A stretch of DNA of 62,717 nucleotides, counting the filler, from Diploschistes diacapsis (taxonomy: Eukaryota): NCBI GenBank assembly GCA_023645945.1. It is 14 parts of 14 records of this genome, joined end to end, with 100 filler letters (N's around TTAATTAATTAA, not from the genome) between each part and the next. Parts side by side here need not be neighbours in the genome. Positions count along the whole stretch, not along the records: positions 51,423 to 54,175 come from JALAIB010002090.1; positions 54,276 to 57,024 come from JALAIB010002091.1; positions 57,125 to 59,871 come from JALAIB010002092.1; positions 59,972 to 62,717 come from JALAIB010002093.1; 10 more parts are not named here. One strand, 5' to 3'. Positions 52,190 to 62,717 of the stretch are shown in pieces. A program made the translations under genes and the position numbers. How positions within the stretch are numbered: position 1 is the stretch's first letter; every line of letters begins with the position of its first letter. The notes under the pieces were generated by a model. That model did not search any database, had not been told where the DNA came from, and saw only the letters and a list, made by a program, of their open reading frames with translations.

Positions 52190-52710
52190 TCAACGTCCAC
52201 CCTTACTCCATTCTTCCCAGTACTTCCTCCACCTTCGACAGCCTCATGCGCTTCCCTTAGTCCCTTGACACTCATCCTAGATCTCTCCGTCAAGTGGCAC
52301 TACACAGTACCCTCATGCAACCACCGGCAGCTTCAATGTCTTGTGTTCTATATGGACCGCTACGGACCCTACGTCCCTGCTCCGTTCAGGACCAGCAAGC
52401 CTACTCTCTCGCCTTCCATTATCGACACGCGCTCCACGAGCGCCTCGTACGTTGTGATTCACGTCAGAGGCATGCTTGCCGCTTGCACAAAATCCAGTGA
52501 TTTGGGCTTGAGCGCAACGCGGCTATCGACCAGCTGCAGCTCTTGGCACGTAGGGGAGCCGAGACAGAAGACAGCGTTGCCGGGCTTGAAGGAGCTGGTT
52601 GAGGCGGCGAGGGCCCCGACAGCTTCGATTATACCGGAGCCGTCGAAGCCGAGGATGTGAGGAGGATTGGGAGCGTAGAGATAGAACTTGGGGAAGACCT
52701 TCGCTAGCTT
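52190..52710 (-). pseudogene. Zinc-binding/quinone oxidoreductase (MDR) pseudogene
   Basis: ILGFDGSGIIEAVG..FKPGNAVF..KPKSLDFVQAASMPLT*ITTYEAL..LVLNGAG, then stops and a jump to the C-terminal GLREAHEAVEGG..TGK. Confidence 0.8.
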
Positions 52711-53543
52711 TAGTGAAAATAAGACGATAGGGAGGCCTTGTGGATACGGAAAAGGTAGATATGAGGAGGGGGAGTGGACCGCACGGCAGGAAAGAAACGG
52801 AGAATGTACTAGTCTGGCGTGACGTGAATGTACGAAGGCTCTTCGAGAAAGGCATACACGGGTATGAGTTGCGCTATTGAAAGTAAGCAATGCTTTCAGA
52901 ACCCTGCTGTACAGGCCATACTAACGATGGAGAGATAGTGCCTTGCGCGTGATGTCGATTTAGGCAGCAATTTGTTTACCTATAGGCAATAACTAAAGCA
53001 GACTGATATATAAAAGAGCCAAGCTCGTAGTCTCAACACAATGGCTGATCTTTTAGGACGGTGCGGAGCGTCTAAAGGTAAGTTGGACGTTGAGTTCAGA
53101 AGATACTCTGTCGTGACAAGAAAGAGATGATGAATAGACAGATAGATGCCTTCAGAGGTGCCTTAACGACACACATATGCTTTATAATGGTGTAGTATCC
53201 AGACCCGTGATTATGAAGTAAACTCTACAAGCAGCCTTCCTGTTCAAGTTCAAAAGCACACTGTCTCCTTGCTACATTCAAGGGGAAATTACCATAACCG
53301 GAAAGCAAGAGGCTTGGCATCCACCATTCAACAGAGTCAAGCCACTAGGTACTTTCCCAGTGCCTATATTATCTATATAAGCCTGTGTAGCCCATTCCTG
53401 CTCTTTTGATGCTGAACATTCTCGTCCGGCCATTACTCCTTCAAAACCTGAAGCCGAATCTCATTTCCATTGGAGTTCTTACCTCACCAACTGTATCCAG
53501 ACATCGCCGCAGACGAGCGCAAAGCATCTCATTAATCAGAGAT

Positions 53544-54175
53544 ATGGCGGCTAATCTACCGCATCTTCCGGAGGTAGAGAGGTTGTCGCCGTTCGTTGTC
53601 AGGATTCTGGGTGGAAATCCAGGGAAGGTGGGTCACGCTACTTTGCTTTTGTTCCATACCGATATCTGGGGCTGCATATCGCTGTATGGTTATCTAATGA
53701 GCTTGATTATTCATAACATGAAGCAACAAGTGCCAGCTTTCCCCAGATGTTGAAGGACACTCACAAAATCCCAGTTCACTCTCCAAGGTACCCCTCCATA
53801 AACGCCCCTCTCGATCCATCAATCCCCCCTCTCCCATACTTACATCTCCTCATTCGGTCCCTCCATCTCTCTATCACTGCTCAAGGTCTCAACCGTATAG
53901 GCACAAACACCTACCTCCTCGGCTCCGCTCACTCGCCGACCCGCTTCCTGATCGACACGGGCCAAGGCTTCCCCAGCTGGACCACTAACCTCACCTCGCA
54001 CCTCAACTCCCCCACCTCTGCAGACCCCACCACAGCCTCCACCGCTCCCACCGCACCAACAATCACCCACGCAATCCTAACCCACCACCACCACGACCAC
54101 ACCGGCGGCCTGCCCTTCCTCTCCTCCCTCCCATCTTCCTCCAACCCCTCATCAACCCCAACACAAATCCACAAA
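53544..54175 (+). CDS. LACTB2-like metallo-beta-lactamase fold protein; exons 53544-53627, 53775-53787 and 53901->54175 (3' truncated)
   Basis: Spliced RILGGNPGK|FTLQ|GTNTYLLG; FLIDTGQG; metal-binding motif THHHHDHTGG. Confidence 0.92.
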
Positions 54176-54275
54176 NNNNNNNNNNNNNNNNNNNNNNNNN
54201 NNNNNNNNNNNNNNNNNNNTTAATTAATTAANNNNNNNNNNNNNNNNNNNNNNNNNNNNNNNNNNNNNNNNNNNN

Positions 54276-54414
54276 TAGAGGGCGCCGAGGAGCTCCGAAC
54301 GCTCGAAGGGCTTCAAACGGCGTTGTGGTGGCATAATTAGAAGAATAATAGCAAGAGTTGAATGTTTATTTACTACCGCTTATGGTGGACCTAACTACTT
54401 TTGGCCTAGTACTG
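54276..54414 (-). mobile_element. 5' end of a Tc1/mariner element (TIR and transposase start at 54334)
   Basis: TA|CAGTACTAGGCCAAAAGTAGTTAGGTCC, then MPPQRRLKPFERSELLGAL, homologous to the element at 57125-57948. Confidence 0.75.
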
Positions 54415-55019
54415 TATCTCCTTTGACATGCATCTCCATGACATGTACTTCAGTCGAAGCCGAGAAGTCCTCTCGACATATATTAGTGATTACTAGAGGA
54501 GTCGGTTCTTGGGTTTTGTGAACCACCACGCTATCAATAGACCTTGAAGGATTTCTCACTCCGAGGTCGTCTCATCTTATTTTGCTTTCTTGCTTTTCAA
54601 CCCTTCTCGCGGTCAAGAATTACACCACGGAATCTGGACATGTTTCTGTCTTTCCCTCTCTGCTAGAAGACCGTTGCTCGCCCTTTCAGCAATAGGTCAG
54701 GTCAGCTGCTAAAGAAAGGGTCGTGCCCCGCAGGCTAATCTGCCCCCATACAGGGTGATGATCCGTCCTTGCATATCGTACATGGGCTATCTTAAGCTCG
54801 AATGCTTGCGAAACCTTACGGATATGTATTGCGTGACGGGCACAATCCAGGATCTGCGTTCTTCCAAGGAAGGATATTGCCCTATCGTTGCTTGTTTAAT
54901 CAATTCTGTCTACGCAAAATGCATGGATGGATACTGGTATATAATATTAGTGCAGTGCGCTGCGTCTTACCATATCACCTATTCTTTCTTTGCAAGAGAC
55001 GACCGTGATAAACTTCAAG

Positions 55020-56783
55020 ATGCGGTTCGTCAGCTTGCTGTCAAGCTTGCTCTGCCTCCTTCCCCTGGCGTCTACGTTCCCTAGCGATCCCTACACTGTG
55101 TTCGAAAAGCTCAATACAGTACCAAAGGGATGGATGGAAGAGTCCACCGGACCAAGTCCGAGCGACCCGATCACCATGAGGATCCATGTGAAGCAGCAGA
55201 ACGTCGAAGCGTTTGAGAAGAAGCTCCTTGACGTATAGTGAAAGTTGCGTCAATAGTGTACTCACGCTAAGAGTCCACAGATCTCTACCCCTGATCATTC
55301 CGAGTATGGCAATCACCTGGAAATGGATGCCATTCAGCAGATGCTGCAGCCTTCTGATGAATCCATCGGTACTGTCCGTCAGTGGCTCGAAAGTAATGGG
55401 CTTGGCAATGATCTGAGGATCGAATCCGACTGGATCTATGCGACAATGACCATGGGAGATTTGGAGAGGTTGTTACAAACCAGGTATCGGTCCTATCGCG
55501 ACCTGGAAACCGGTGCCAGAAGGTCCAGAACGCTTTCATACAGCGTTCCTCGCCATGTCAAGTCCCACGTCAATATGATCCACCCAACAACGAGTTTTGC
55601 TAGGGCTCGGGCCATGAGAAGCGCTGTGCTCTACCACAAAGCTGCTGATGACGCGACCATTCCGGCTGGCTGCAACTCTTCGATCACGCCGACTTGCATT
55701 GGTGACCTCTATGGCACTGCAAACTACACGCCGAAGTCCACGCCCGCGAAGATGAGCGTGGCCGGCTTCCTCGAGGAGTGGCCGCAACGTGCAGATCTTA
55801 CCGAGTTCCTGGCCAAGTATGATGCATCCAACGCGAAAGCTGCCTTCCCCTGCGTGCTTGTTAATGGGGGCACGTGCGATCAAACGACCAATACCTCCAA
55901 CATTGTTGAGGCAAACCTCGATATCCAGTATGCCATCGGTATCAACAACGAAGTGCCAACGACCTACTACAGCACGGGGGGCCGCCCACCGATCCTTGGC
56001 GGTGGCGAGAACGATAATGAGCCGTACCTGGATTTCTTGAACTATATCCTCAAGCTCTCATCTTCGGACTTGCCCACAACGATATCCATCTCGTACGGTG
56101 ATGCCGAGAACACCGTGCCGCCATCGTACGCCAAGTCTGTTTGCAACCTCTTCGCCAAAGTCGGTGCTCGCGGCGTGTCTGTTCTGGCTGCTTCGGGGGA
56201 CGGAGGAGCAGCCTGCGATGACAGCAGCGGCAGCGACGTTCTCACCCCAATCTTTCCTGGCGGCTGCCCCTATGTCACGACCGTCGGTGCGCTTGTTGGC
56301 GTCCAGCCGGAATCGGCAGTCGACTTCTCGGGCGGTGGTTTCTCGAACTACTTTGCGCAGCCTTCGTATCAGGCTGCTGCCGTCAAATCCTGGATCAAGG
56401 GCAATTACGATCCCGCCCTCAAGGGTCTGTACAACGCTTCCGGACGTGCGTTCCCCGACGTCTCGGCCCAAGGCAACGACTTCCACGTTATCATAGCCGG
56501 CACCGACGAGCTCGTTGGAGGCACCTCCGCCTCGACTCCGACGTTCTCCAGCATCATAAACTTGGTGAGCAACCAGCTGCTCGTCGAGGGCAAGCCGCCC
56601 CTAGGTTTCTTGAATCCGTTCCTGTACTCCAACGGCAAGGCGGGCTTGACGGACATCACCAGCGGCATAAGCTACGGCTGCGCCGGTGCCGATGGCTTCA
56701 ACGCCGTGGAGGGATGGGATCCGGTGACGGGCCTGGGCAGCCCGGTGTTTCAGAAGCTGGTTACCGCGGCAGGAGGCACCTAG
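55020..56783 (+). CDS. Secreted tripeptidyl peptidase / sedolisin (family S53), ~571 aa; exons 55020-55232 and 55281-56783
   Basis: Signal peptide MRFVSLLSSLLCLLPLAST; pro-domain; EANLD, SISYG, ASGDGG, GRAFPDVSAQG, GGTSASTP and GWDPVTGLGSP. Confidence 0.97.
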
Positions 56784-57124
56784 GGTGGTTGCGTGCTAGA
56801 GGATGCAGGGAGATGGTGCCGCGGTAAAGGCGGTGATTTGCACATGCAGCAGCTGTGATGGATGACCCCCCCAGACAGTTTACGAACCAAGATAACTTCT
56901 CCGCGCCTCGACCGCTCTGAGCCACCCATCATAATATTTGATTATCCGTCGCCCAGCCCCGGATCGCCAACCCAATGTTCCCCCTCAGTAACTAACTTAT
57001 CCCCCTTGTAACTCGATTTAACTCNNNNNNNNNNNNNNNNNNNNNNNNNNNNNNNNNNNNNNNNNNNNTTAATTAATTAANNNNNNNNNNNNNNNNNNNN
57101 NNNNNNNNNNNNNNNNNNNNNNNN

Positions 57125-57948
57125 GTTTATAATAGGAGCATTATCCTGCAAAAAACCTTGCCTAAATTCATAAATTTGGGGCAAAATATCCCTTAATAAA
57201 ACATAATAAGCCTCGGCGGTAGTATTTCGTTTATTTATGTAATAATTTTCGAAGAAATATCACACGACGCGTCCATCGGTTTTTATATCAGCCTAAAGTA
57301 TGATGCTTTTCTTATTTTTAATCGTTTTTGTTAAGTGATCGGGAAGCCATTGTTTTTTTATATGTTTTTATATCCATTTTCGTATTTTATTATTTTTTAT
57401 TACTATAAAGCACTCGTCGGCGAATTAAATATTAGTAAAATTTTCGGCGCGTTAAGTTCGGTGTATTCGAGAGTGTTTTAGGCGTTTTTCCGCATCTTTA
57501 GGCTCTAAATATGGCTTCTATCGTATCTTATATTTTTTAAAAGAGGGGTCGATGTCGCGGAATCTTCGGCGCATTGTATTTTTGTTGGTAGACGAGATAT
57601 CGAGTAATTTAGATTATTTAGATTCTGGATGGCGTCTGGCCGTTCGATAGAGTCTATTTTCTTGATTTTTGGACGTTGTTCGAGGTCTTCCGGAGCGCTT
57701 CAGATTATCTTGGTCTTTATTACGCTTTGAAACCTTTGCTATTATTTTTTTGGCTGTAGAATAAGGAATATTTAGTTTATTGGCTGCATTTTTCAGGATA
57801 ATACCTGATCTATATGCGTTTATAAGTTTAAAACGCTCCCAGAGCTTCAAACGACGATATAGTAACATTATTATAGAAATAATAGTAGGCATTTATTGTT
57901 TATTTGCACCGATTTAACCGAGGGACCATTACTTTTGGACTAGTACTG
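57125..57948 (-). mobile_element. RIP-degenerate Tc1/mariner DNA transposon (5' TIR, HTH, partial DDE)
   Basis: TA|CAGTACTAGTCCAAAAGTAATGGTCC; RSGRPRTTS; catalytic remnants FADEC and FLQDNAP; multiple stops. Confidence 0.9.
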
Positions 57949-58218
57949 TAGGTGCTGGGAAGGCTGTAGCCAATCAGAGTACTTGTAATTGCTGCTTACG
58001 CCTGCCCTCTGGCTCTACAAGTCTTAAATTCTCCAACTTATATTCACTTCTTCATCTTTCTTACAACCCACTGAAAACTTCACTACTACTAGTCAAGCCT
58101 CCATTTTCGAGATCGACACACAATACTTCAAAACATCTCGGTACCTTAGCTCCTCCACAACATCTAGGCAACGCTCACCGCGGCTTGTATTACCCTCCGG
58201 ATATCTAAAGCAGCAATC

Positions 58219-58590
58219 ATGGTCAAGGCATCAACCTGCTGCGGACGCTCCGACCAGGGCTGCGTCTGCGCTGCTAAATCGACCTGCTCGTGCGGCAAGA
58301 GATCAGCACTCGACTGCAACTGTGAGCGCTCAGCTGTCGAAAACACCGTTGCTGGTCCTCGCTGTAGCTGTCGTGCTCGCCCTGCAGGCTCATGCACTTG
58401 TGACAGAGCCGCGCAAGAGAACGCAGGTGTTCAGGGGGAGAGTTGCAGCTGTGGAAAACGTTCATCTGGTACGTTTCGTCTGTCGCGTCATTTGCCACAG
58501 TGCTTATCAGATATAGATGCTTGCACGTGCGAGAAATCTCAAGACGCGGGCTTACTTCCCACCGAGGTCGACTTCACCAACAAAGCCTAA
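58219..58590 (+). CDS. Cys-rich metallothionein-like copper-resistance protein (Crd2/CrdA-like); intron 58469-58516
   Basis: Repeated CxC/CSCG motifs and a C-terminal E(V)DFT; GTACGT...ATAG intron. Confidence 0.85.
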   Translation: MVKASTCCGRSDQGCVCAAKSTCSCGKRSALDCNCERSAVENTVAGPRCSCRARPAGSCTCDRAAQENAGVQGESCSCGKRSSGTFRLSRHLPQCLSDIDACTCEKSQDAGLLPTEVDFTNKA

Positions 58591-59250
58591 TTTTGCGGCT
58601 ATCGTGTCTCTCTCTCCACCCTAGACTTCTTACAAAGCAGGACAGCATTGCAGTGTGATCTTGTGCTTATGATGTCCTTCAGAGTCGGGGTATGCGCTGA
58701 GCTAGGTGTGCTCGCATGGACCTCAGGGAAATTGGCATCGGTATTAAGAAATGGGTTACTGCAGATTATTTGTTTACTATCAATAATCTGCCAGCTTAAC
58801 AGGCGTTAGTAATTGCATGTTCTGAATTATGACAAATGAAGTTTAGCAGCCTTGAAGGCTGTATCTCCTCCCTAATGCATTGATCCCTGTATTTGAACAT
58901 CTCAACACCAATGGCCGTTGTAGCCGTGATCGCGTTTATTGAACTCGGAGCAGTGTTATAGCGAATCGCCCGGCCACGATTAGAAATACTTGACTCGAAG
59001 CCTCCGAGTCTCCGAGTCGGAGGCGAGTCAAGAAGTTCCGACATGCCGATGCCGACTTTTGATCGGCATCTTTCCTTCCTCATTTCAACAACCCCCTGAC
59101 GTATGCTCAGTACACCAGGGTTCAGGCCCCTTGAAGTTCTGATACGTGGATGCCTCAACGACAGTGCAGGGTCCGATGTGACTTTTGCTTTCATATTTTG
59201 CGCCGCTTCCACCAGACGCTCTCGCAAAAAAGAAGTCGTCACTATCAAGG

Positions 59251-59871
59251 ATGCCCTTTGCAAGACCGCTCCGGGCCCTCTGCAGCACCTGCAGGCTCCA
59301 AGCTCGAGCGCTCGTACCCCTGTCCGCACCTCAAGCAGCTGCATCTACCCAGCCGCGTCCTCGGCGCTCGAAGTCGATTTCCAGCTCGCCACACACCTCG
59401 CGCTCTGGCGCGCCGCGCCCCGACGCCGCCGACGACGACGACTACTACGCGCTCCTCCTTTCGCAGCCCCTTCCCGTCTCTGCCACCGCCCAGCGTCCCA
59501 CAGCTCCCCCGGCCAGCGCCAGCGGGCCCAACTCGCCGACTCCGGGCCCGGACGCGACTCGCAGCGCACAGCAGCAACAGACTCCTACGGATCTTGCGTC
59601 CAGAGCGCGGGTTATCTTCGGCTCCCGCCTCGCCGGCCCGGCCGCGCGCGCGGCCCGGGAGGAATCCTACGAGGCCATGAGAGCGCGGGGCGAGGGCGAG
59701 TGGATAGCTGGCACGTGGATCCCGCCGCGGCCGGGCGAGCCGGATAATTGCTGCATGTCGGGGTGCGTGAATTGCGTTTGGGACGGGTACAGGGAGGAGC
59801 TGGAGGGCTGGGCTGAGCGGAGGAGAGAGGCGAGGACCAGGGAGGCCAGGGGGAGGCAGGAGGGTGCTGGG
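59251..59871 (+). CDS. Oxidoreductase-like domain protein (OXLD1-like), probably mitochondrial (3' truncated)
   Basis: PPRPGEPDNCCMSGCVNCVWDGYREEL; Arg-rich presequence-like N-terminus. Confidence 0.88.
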
Positions 59872-59971
59872 NNNNNNNNNNNNNNNNNNNNNNNNNNNNN
59901 NNNNNNNNNNNNNNNTTAATTAATTAANNNNNNNNNNNNNNNNNNNNNNNNNNNNNNNNNNNNNNNNNNNN

Positions 59972-60547
59972 ATTTACGCCAATACCCCTCATGATATTAT
60001 ATTTAAAATTTTCTTTCCTGCTACGTTATGATAGATTTTAAAAGATTAAAAAACCTGCTTTTTCGAGTAGTGATTTTTAATTCGCTTAAAAATGTCACCT
60101 GCTGTCGTAATCAATGTGCAATTTTTAAATATGATATGGAAATAGTTGGAAAACAATATTTCGTTAAAAAACCAAAAATAACGGCTAATTTCAATGAATT
60201 ATTGATGATTTAAAATATTTCTTGGCAAAGTGGCCGGAATCTGGGGGTGGCCGGAATCCCCGTGAAACACGTTATTCGAAAAACATATTTTATACTGCGT
60301 TATGACCGAGTTCGAAAGATAAAATAATACGTGTTTTCGAGTCGTTATTTTTAATTCGCTTAAAAAAATTGACTGATGCCGTAATCCATGTGCACATTTT
60401 ATATATGATAGATAATTGATTGTAAAGTAATATTTTGAAACAAAAATAAAAACAACTATTAATTTCGAAGAATTATTGAAGATTTAAACTATTTCTTGGC
60501 AAAAGTGGCCGGACTCTGGGGGTGGCCGGAATCCCCGTCAAACACGT
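59972..60547. mobile_element. Two tandem/nested ends of a pogo/Fot1-like DNA transposon (termini at 60272 and 60547)
   Basis: Two ~270-bp homologous units. Each ends in AAAGTGGCCGGA(A/C)TCTGGGGGTGGCCGGAATCCCCGT(G/C)AAACACGT|TA, a TIR with an internal direct repeat and a TA target. Confidence 0.8.
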
Positions 60548-60549
60548 TA

Positions 60550-61075
60550 TTATTAATTTATTCGGTGATAATATTGATTTTCTAGATTTAATAAAGTACG
60601 CAAGGATTAACGATCGTTTAAAGCACGTCGATATTGCTTATTATTACGTACGGGATCTTATTAAGTAAGGACGTATTAGGGTGTCTTATGTCTTTATCGA
60701 TAAAATGATTATTGATAAGCTTACGAAGCTATTAAATTATTCGAAACACGACGCCTTTATTAAGGGATTTAATCTAGTTTAAAAGATATCTAATTAGATT
60801 ACATAGATATACCGGACGATTCCGTCTGTGGGGGAGTATTAAGCAGGTAGATAGAAGACATGGCTAGGAGTACGACTAAATTTTAGAGGGAAGTTTAGTT
60901 TAGCTGAACTCCGAAGTTCAGTTTAATTAAACCTTTTGGAATCCCAACTAGACCTGTTTAGGCATAATGTAGGTAATAAGGCTTAACGTATCCCACAAGG
61001 ATAAAAGTCTGCAAAGTAGGATAACCTCCTAGATAGAAACTCTAGACTTCAATATATCCATTACGTTGCCAAACA
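60550..61075 (+). mobile_element. Ty1/Copia RNase H relic, PPT and 3' LTR (60837-61075)
   Basis: LFGDN...KHVDIAYYYVRDL...MI(A)D(G)LTK(P)L; PPT GTGGGGGAG; the LTR matches 13887-14165. Confidence 0.88.
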
Positions 61076-61079
61076 AAAT

Positions 61080-62717
61080 CCATATTTCTTCGGTTTTATT
61101 AACAAGCGATTATATAGCGAAACGTATCTTAATTTTATCGTTAAGAAAACACTTATGTGATATAATAAACATATTTTCTATATTTGTTATTCAACGGTTA
61201 TGTTCTTAAACAGTTTTTCTATAAAAGGATAATAACTTATCTGGTTTAATATCGCGGTAACGGTCTATAGTATCTAAATAATCCTAATTTATTTATCGTT
61301 TATGTATTATCTCGGCTATTAATGCTGTTTTAATAATAATTTTATTTTCTTGACGAAGGCATCTTTTCTCGCCTTTATTATCTGATTTTTTTTAAACTTT
61401 ATATCTTGTTTCATTTTTAATAATATGTTTTTAATTATTTTTAATGTATCCTTTAATATAGATTCGAAATCATCTTCTTATTCTAGCGATTCGTCTACTA
61501 ATGTTTTATCTTTAGATTGCGAGTCTCGTTCTTATTGTTCGATATGATCTGAATCTTTTTTATTAAGTAAGATAATTTTAGATAGTTCACTTCTTTCCTT
61601 TCCTTCACTTTCTTTTATTTTAATTTAATTGCGTGAGTTTGCCCTGCGTATACGTTGCGAAAAACGTGTTATCTTGTCGGATCGTCGTTTTTAAGAAAGA
61701 TAGAGTAATTAGAACTGTAAAAAGTAGAATACGATAATATAACAAGATGATTATACGTAAGGTAGGTTCATACTAGGACTAATTACTAAAGAAGAGGAGA
61801 TAGTAAGAAGGACAAAATCCCCCTTCAAATACCCGTAAGCCAAGACCCTGAGCGCCGCTTGTCCGACTCTTGGCATGCTCCTCGCTTGGCCTTACATATA
61901 TTAAATATTAAACGATCTTTTAATTCAATTCGTTTATTTAATTTACGCTTCTTATAATTATTAAGAAGCGTTTTTTACATTCGATTTTTGTTACGAAACG
62001 TTATAAACTTAATATACGTCGATTTAAATATACGAATTATTCGATTCGAATAACGTCGAATCGGATTAATTAATTTTAAAACGGTTCGTAACGTTTAATT
62101 AAATTCTTTATTAATCTTTCGTAATTCGGTCGTATTTAATAAAGAATTATATAATAAAAATAAATCTAAATCGAATTGATTCGAGATTAAAAGAGGGTTG
62201 TAAAATGGAAGTAAAAGAATCCGATAAATCGAATAAAACTTATTAAATACGGTTATAAAATTAATAAACTATAATTCAATATTTATAAAATCTATTTGAG
62301 CGTTTCGACTCGTAATAACTCGATTCCGAGCTATTAAAAATAATTCGACTTATTCCAAACGTGTTATACGCGATTTATTTAGTCGAGTAATATGATCCGT
62401 TTCTTGCGTCAACGCGCTTTTTAACGGCGAAAACACTACGACATCGAATAATTAAAAAAGATAAAAATTATACGATAATAATATCATTAAATTGATTCGA
62501 TTAGACATATAAAAACGAATAATATTAACGATAATATAATTACTATAACCGTTTATAATTAATAAATGACGCGTTTCGAGTTTATTCGATCTGATTAAAA
62601 GTTTAAAAATACGTATAAACCATTAATAACCGTATTTATTTATTATCTATCTTTTATTATTAATATTAAAAAATCAGTTTCGAGACATTTCGGCTGAAAT
62701 CTAGCTAATATTAATAT
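61080..62717. repeat. Heavily RIP-mutated AT-rich repeat DNA, family unresolved
   Basis: TpA-rich and CpA/TpG-poor with no ORFs; a GC-richer island lies at ~61815-61895. Confidence 0.6.

Noticed and set aside
23064..57024. Secondary-metabolite cluster made of the questin-oxidase-like, MBL and reductase genes
   Set aside because: The questin-oxidase-like/reductase pair and the MBL gene lie on different contigs, and no PKS or NRPS is present.
58796..59747. Alternative-frame ORFs overlapping the OXLD1-like gene
   Set aside because: GC-rich shadows. Only the 59185/59251 frame has the conserved CCMSGC motif.
2800..59971. Regularly spaced TTAATTAATTAA palindromes flanked by Ns, as a repeat array or CRISPR
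   Set aside because: These are synthetic six-frame-stop contig linkers.

Overview
This window is not one locus. It is 14 unrelated contigs from a filamentous ascomycete assembly, joined by 13 identical 100-nt spacers (44 N + TTAATTAATTAA + 44 N), so adjacency across spacers is meaningless. Contig 1 (1-2799) is mitochondrial cox1 on the minus strand, with two exons and three group I introns. The middle intron carries an exon-fused double-motif LAGLIDADG endonuclease and, unexpectedly, a second ~260-codon hydrophobic orphan ORF downstream of the catalytic core. Short nuclear contigs carry RRP15 and SRP54, a membrane protein, a PTGR-like oxidoreductase divergent from a questin-oxidase/HypA-like gene, a LACTB2-like metallo-beta-lactamase, an S53 tripeptidyl peptidase, a Crd2/CrdA-like metallothionein and an OXLD1-like gene. 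Five AT-rich contigs are RIP-mutated nests of Copia, Gypsy and pogo relics, and two further contigs end in Tc1-family elements. The one long contig (25924-51322) has housekeeping genes at its ends (TBCE, CWF19, SLD3). Between them is an ~18-kb accessory interval with a ~1850-aa TRANK1-like SF1 helicase/TPR gene, one intact and two decayed F-box-like-motif genes, and other pseudogenes. The best novelty candidates are the intron-nested membrane ORF and the helicase/F-box-like island. All calls come from reading the sequence; no database searches were run.
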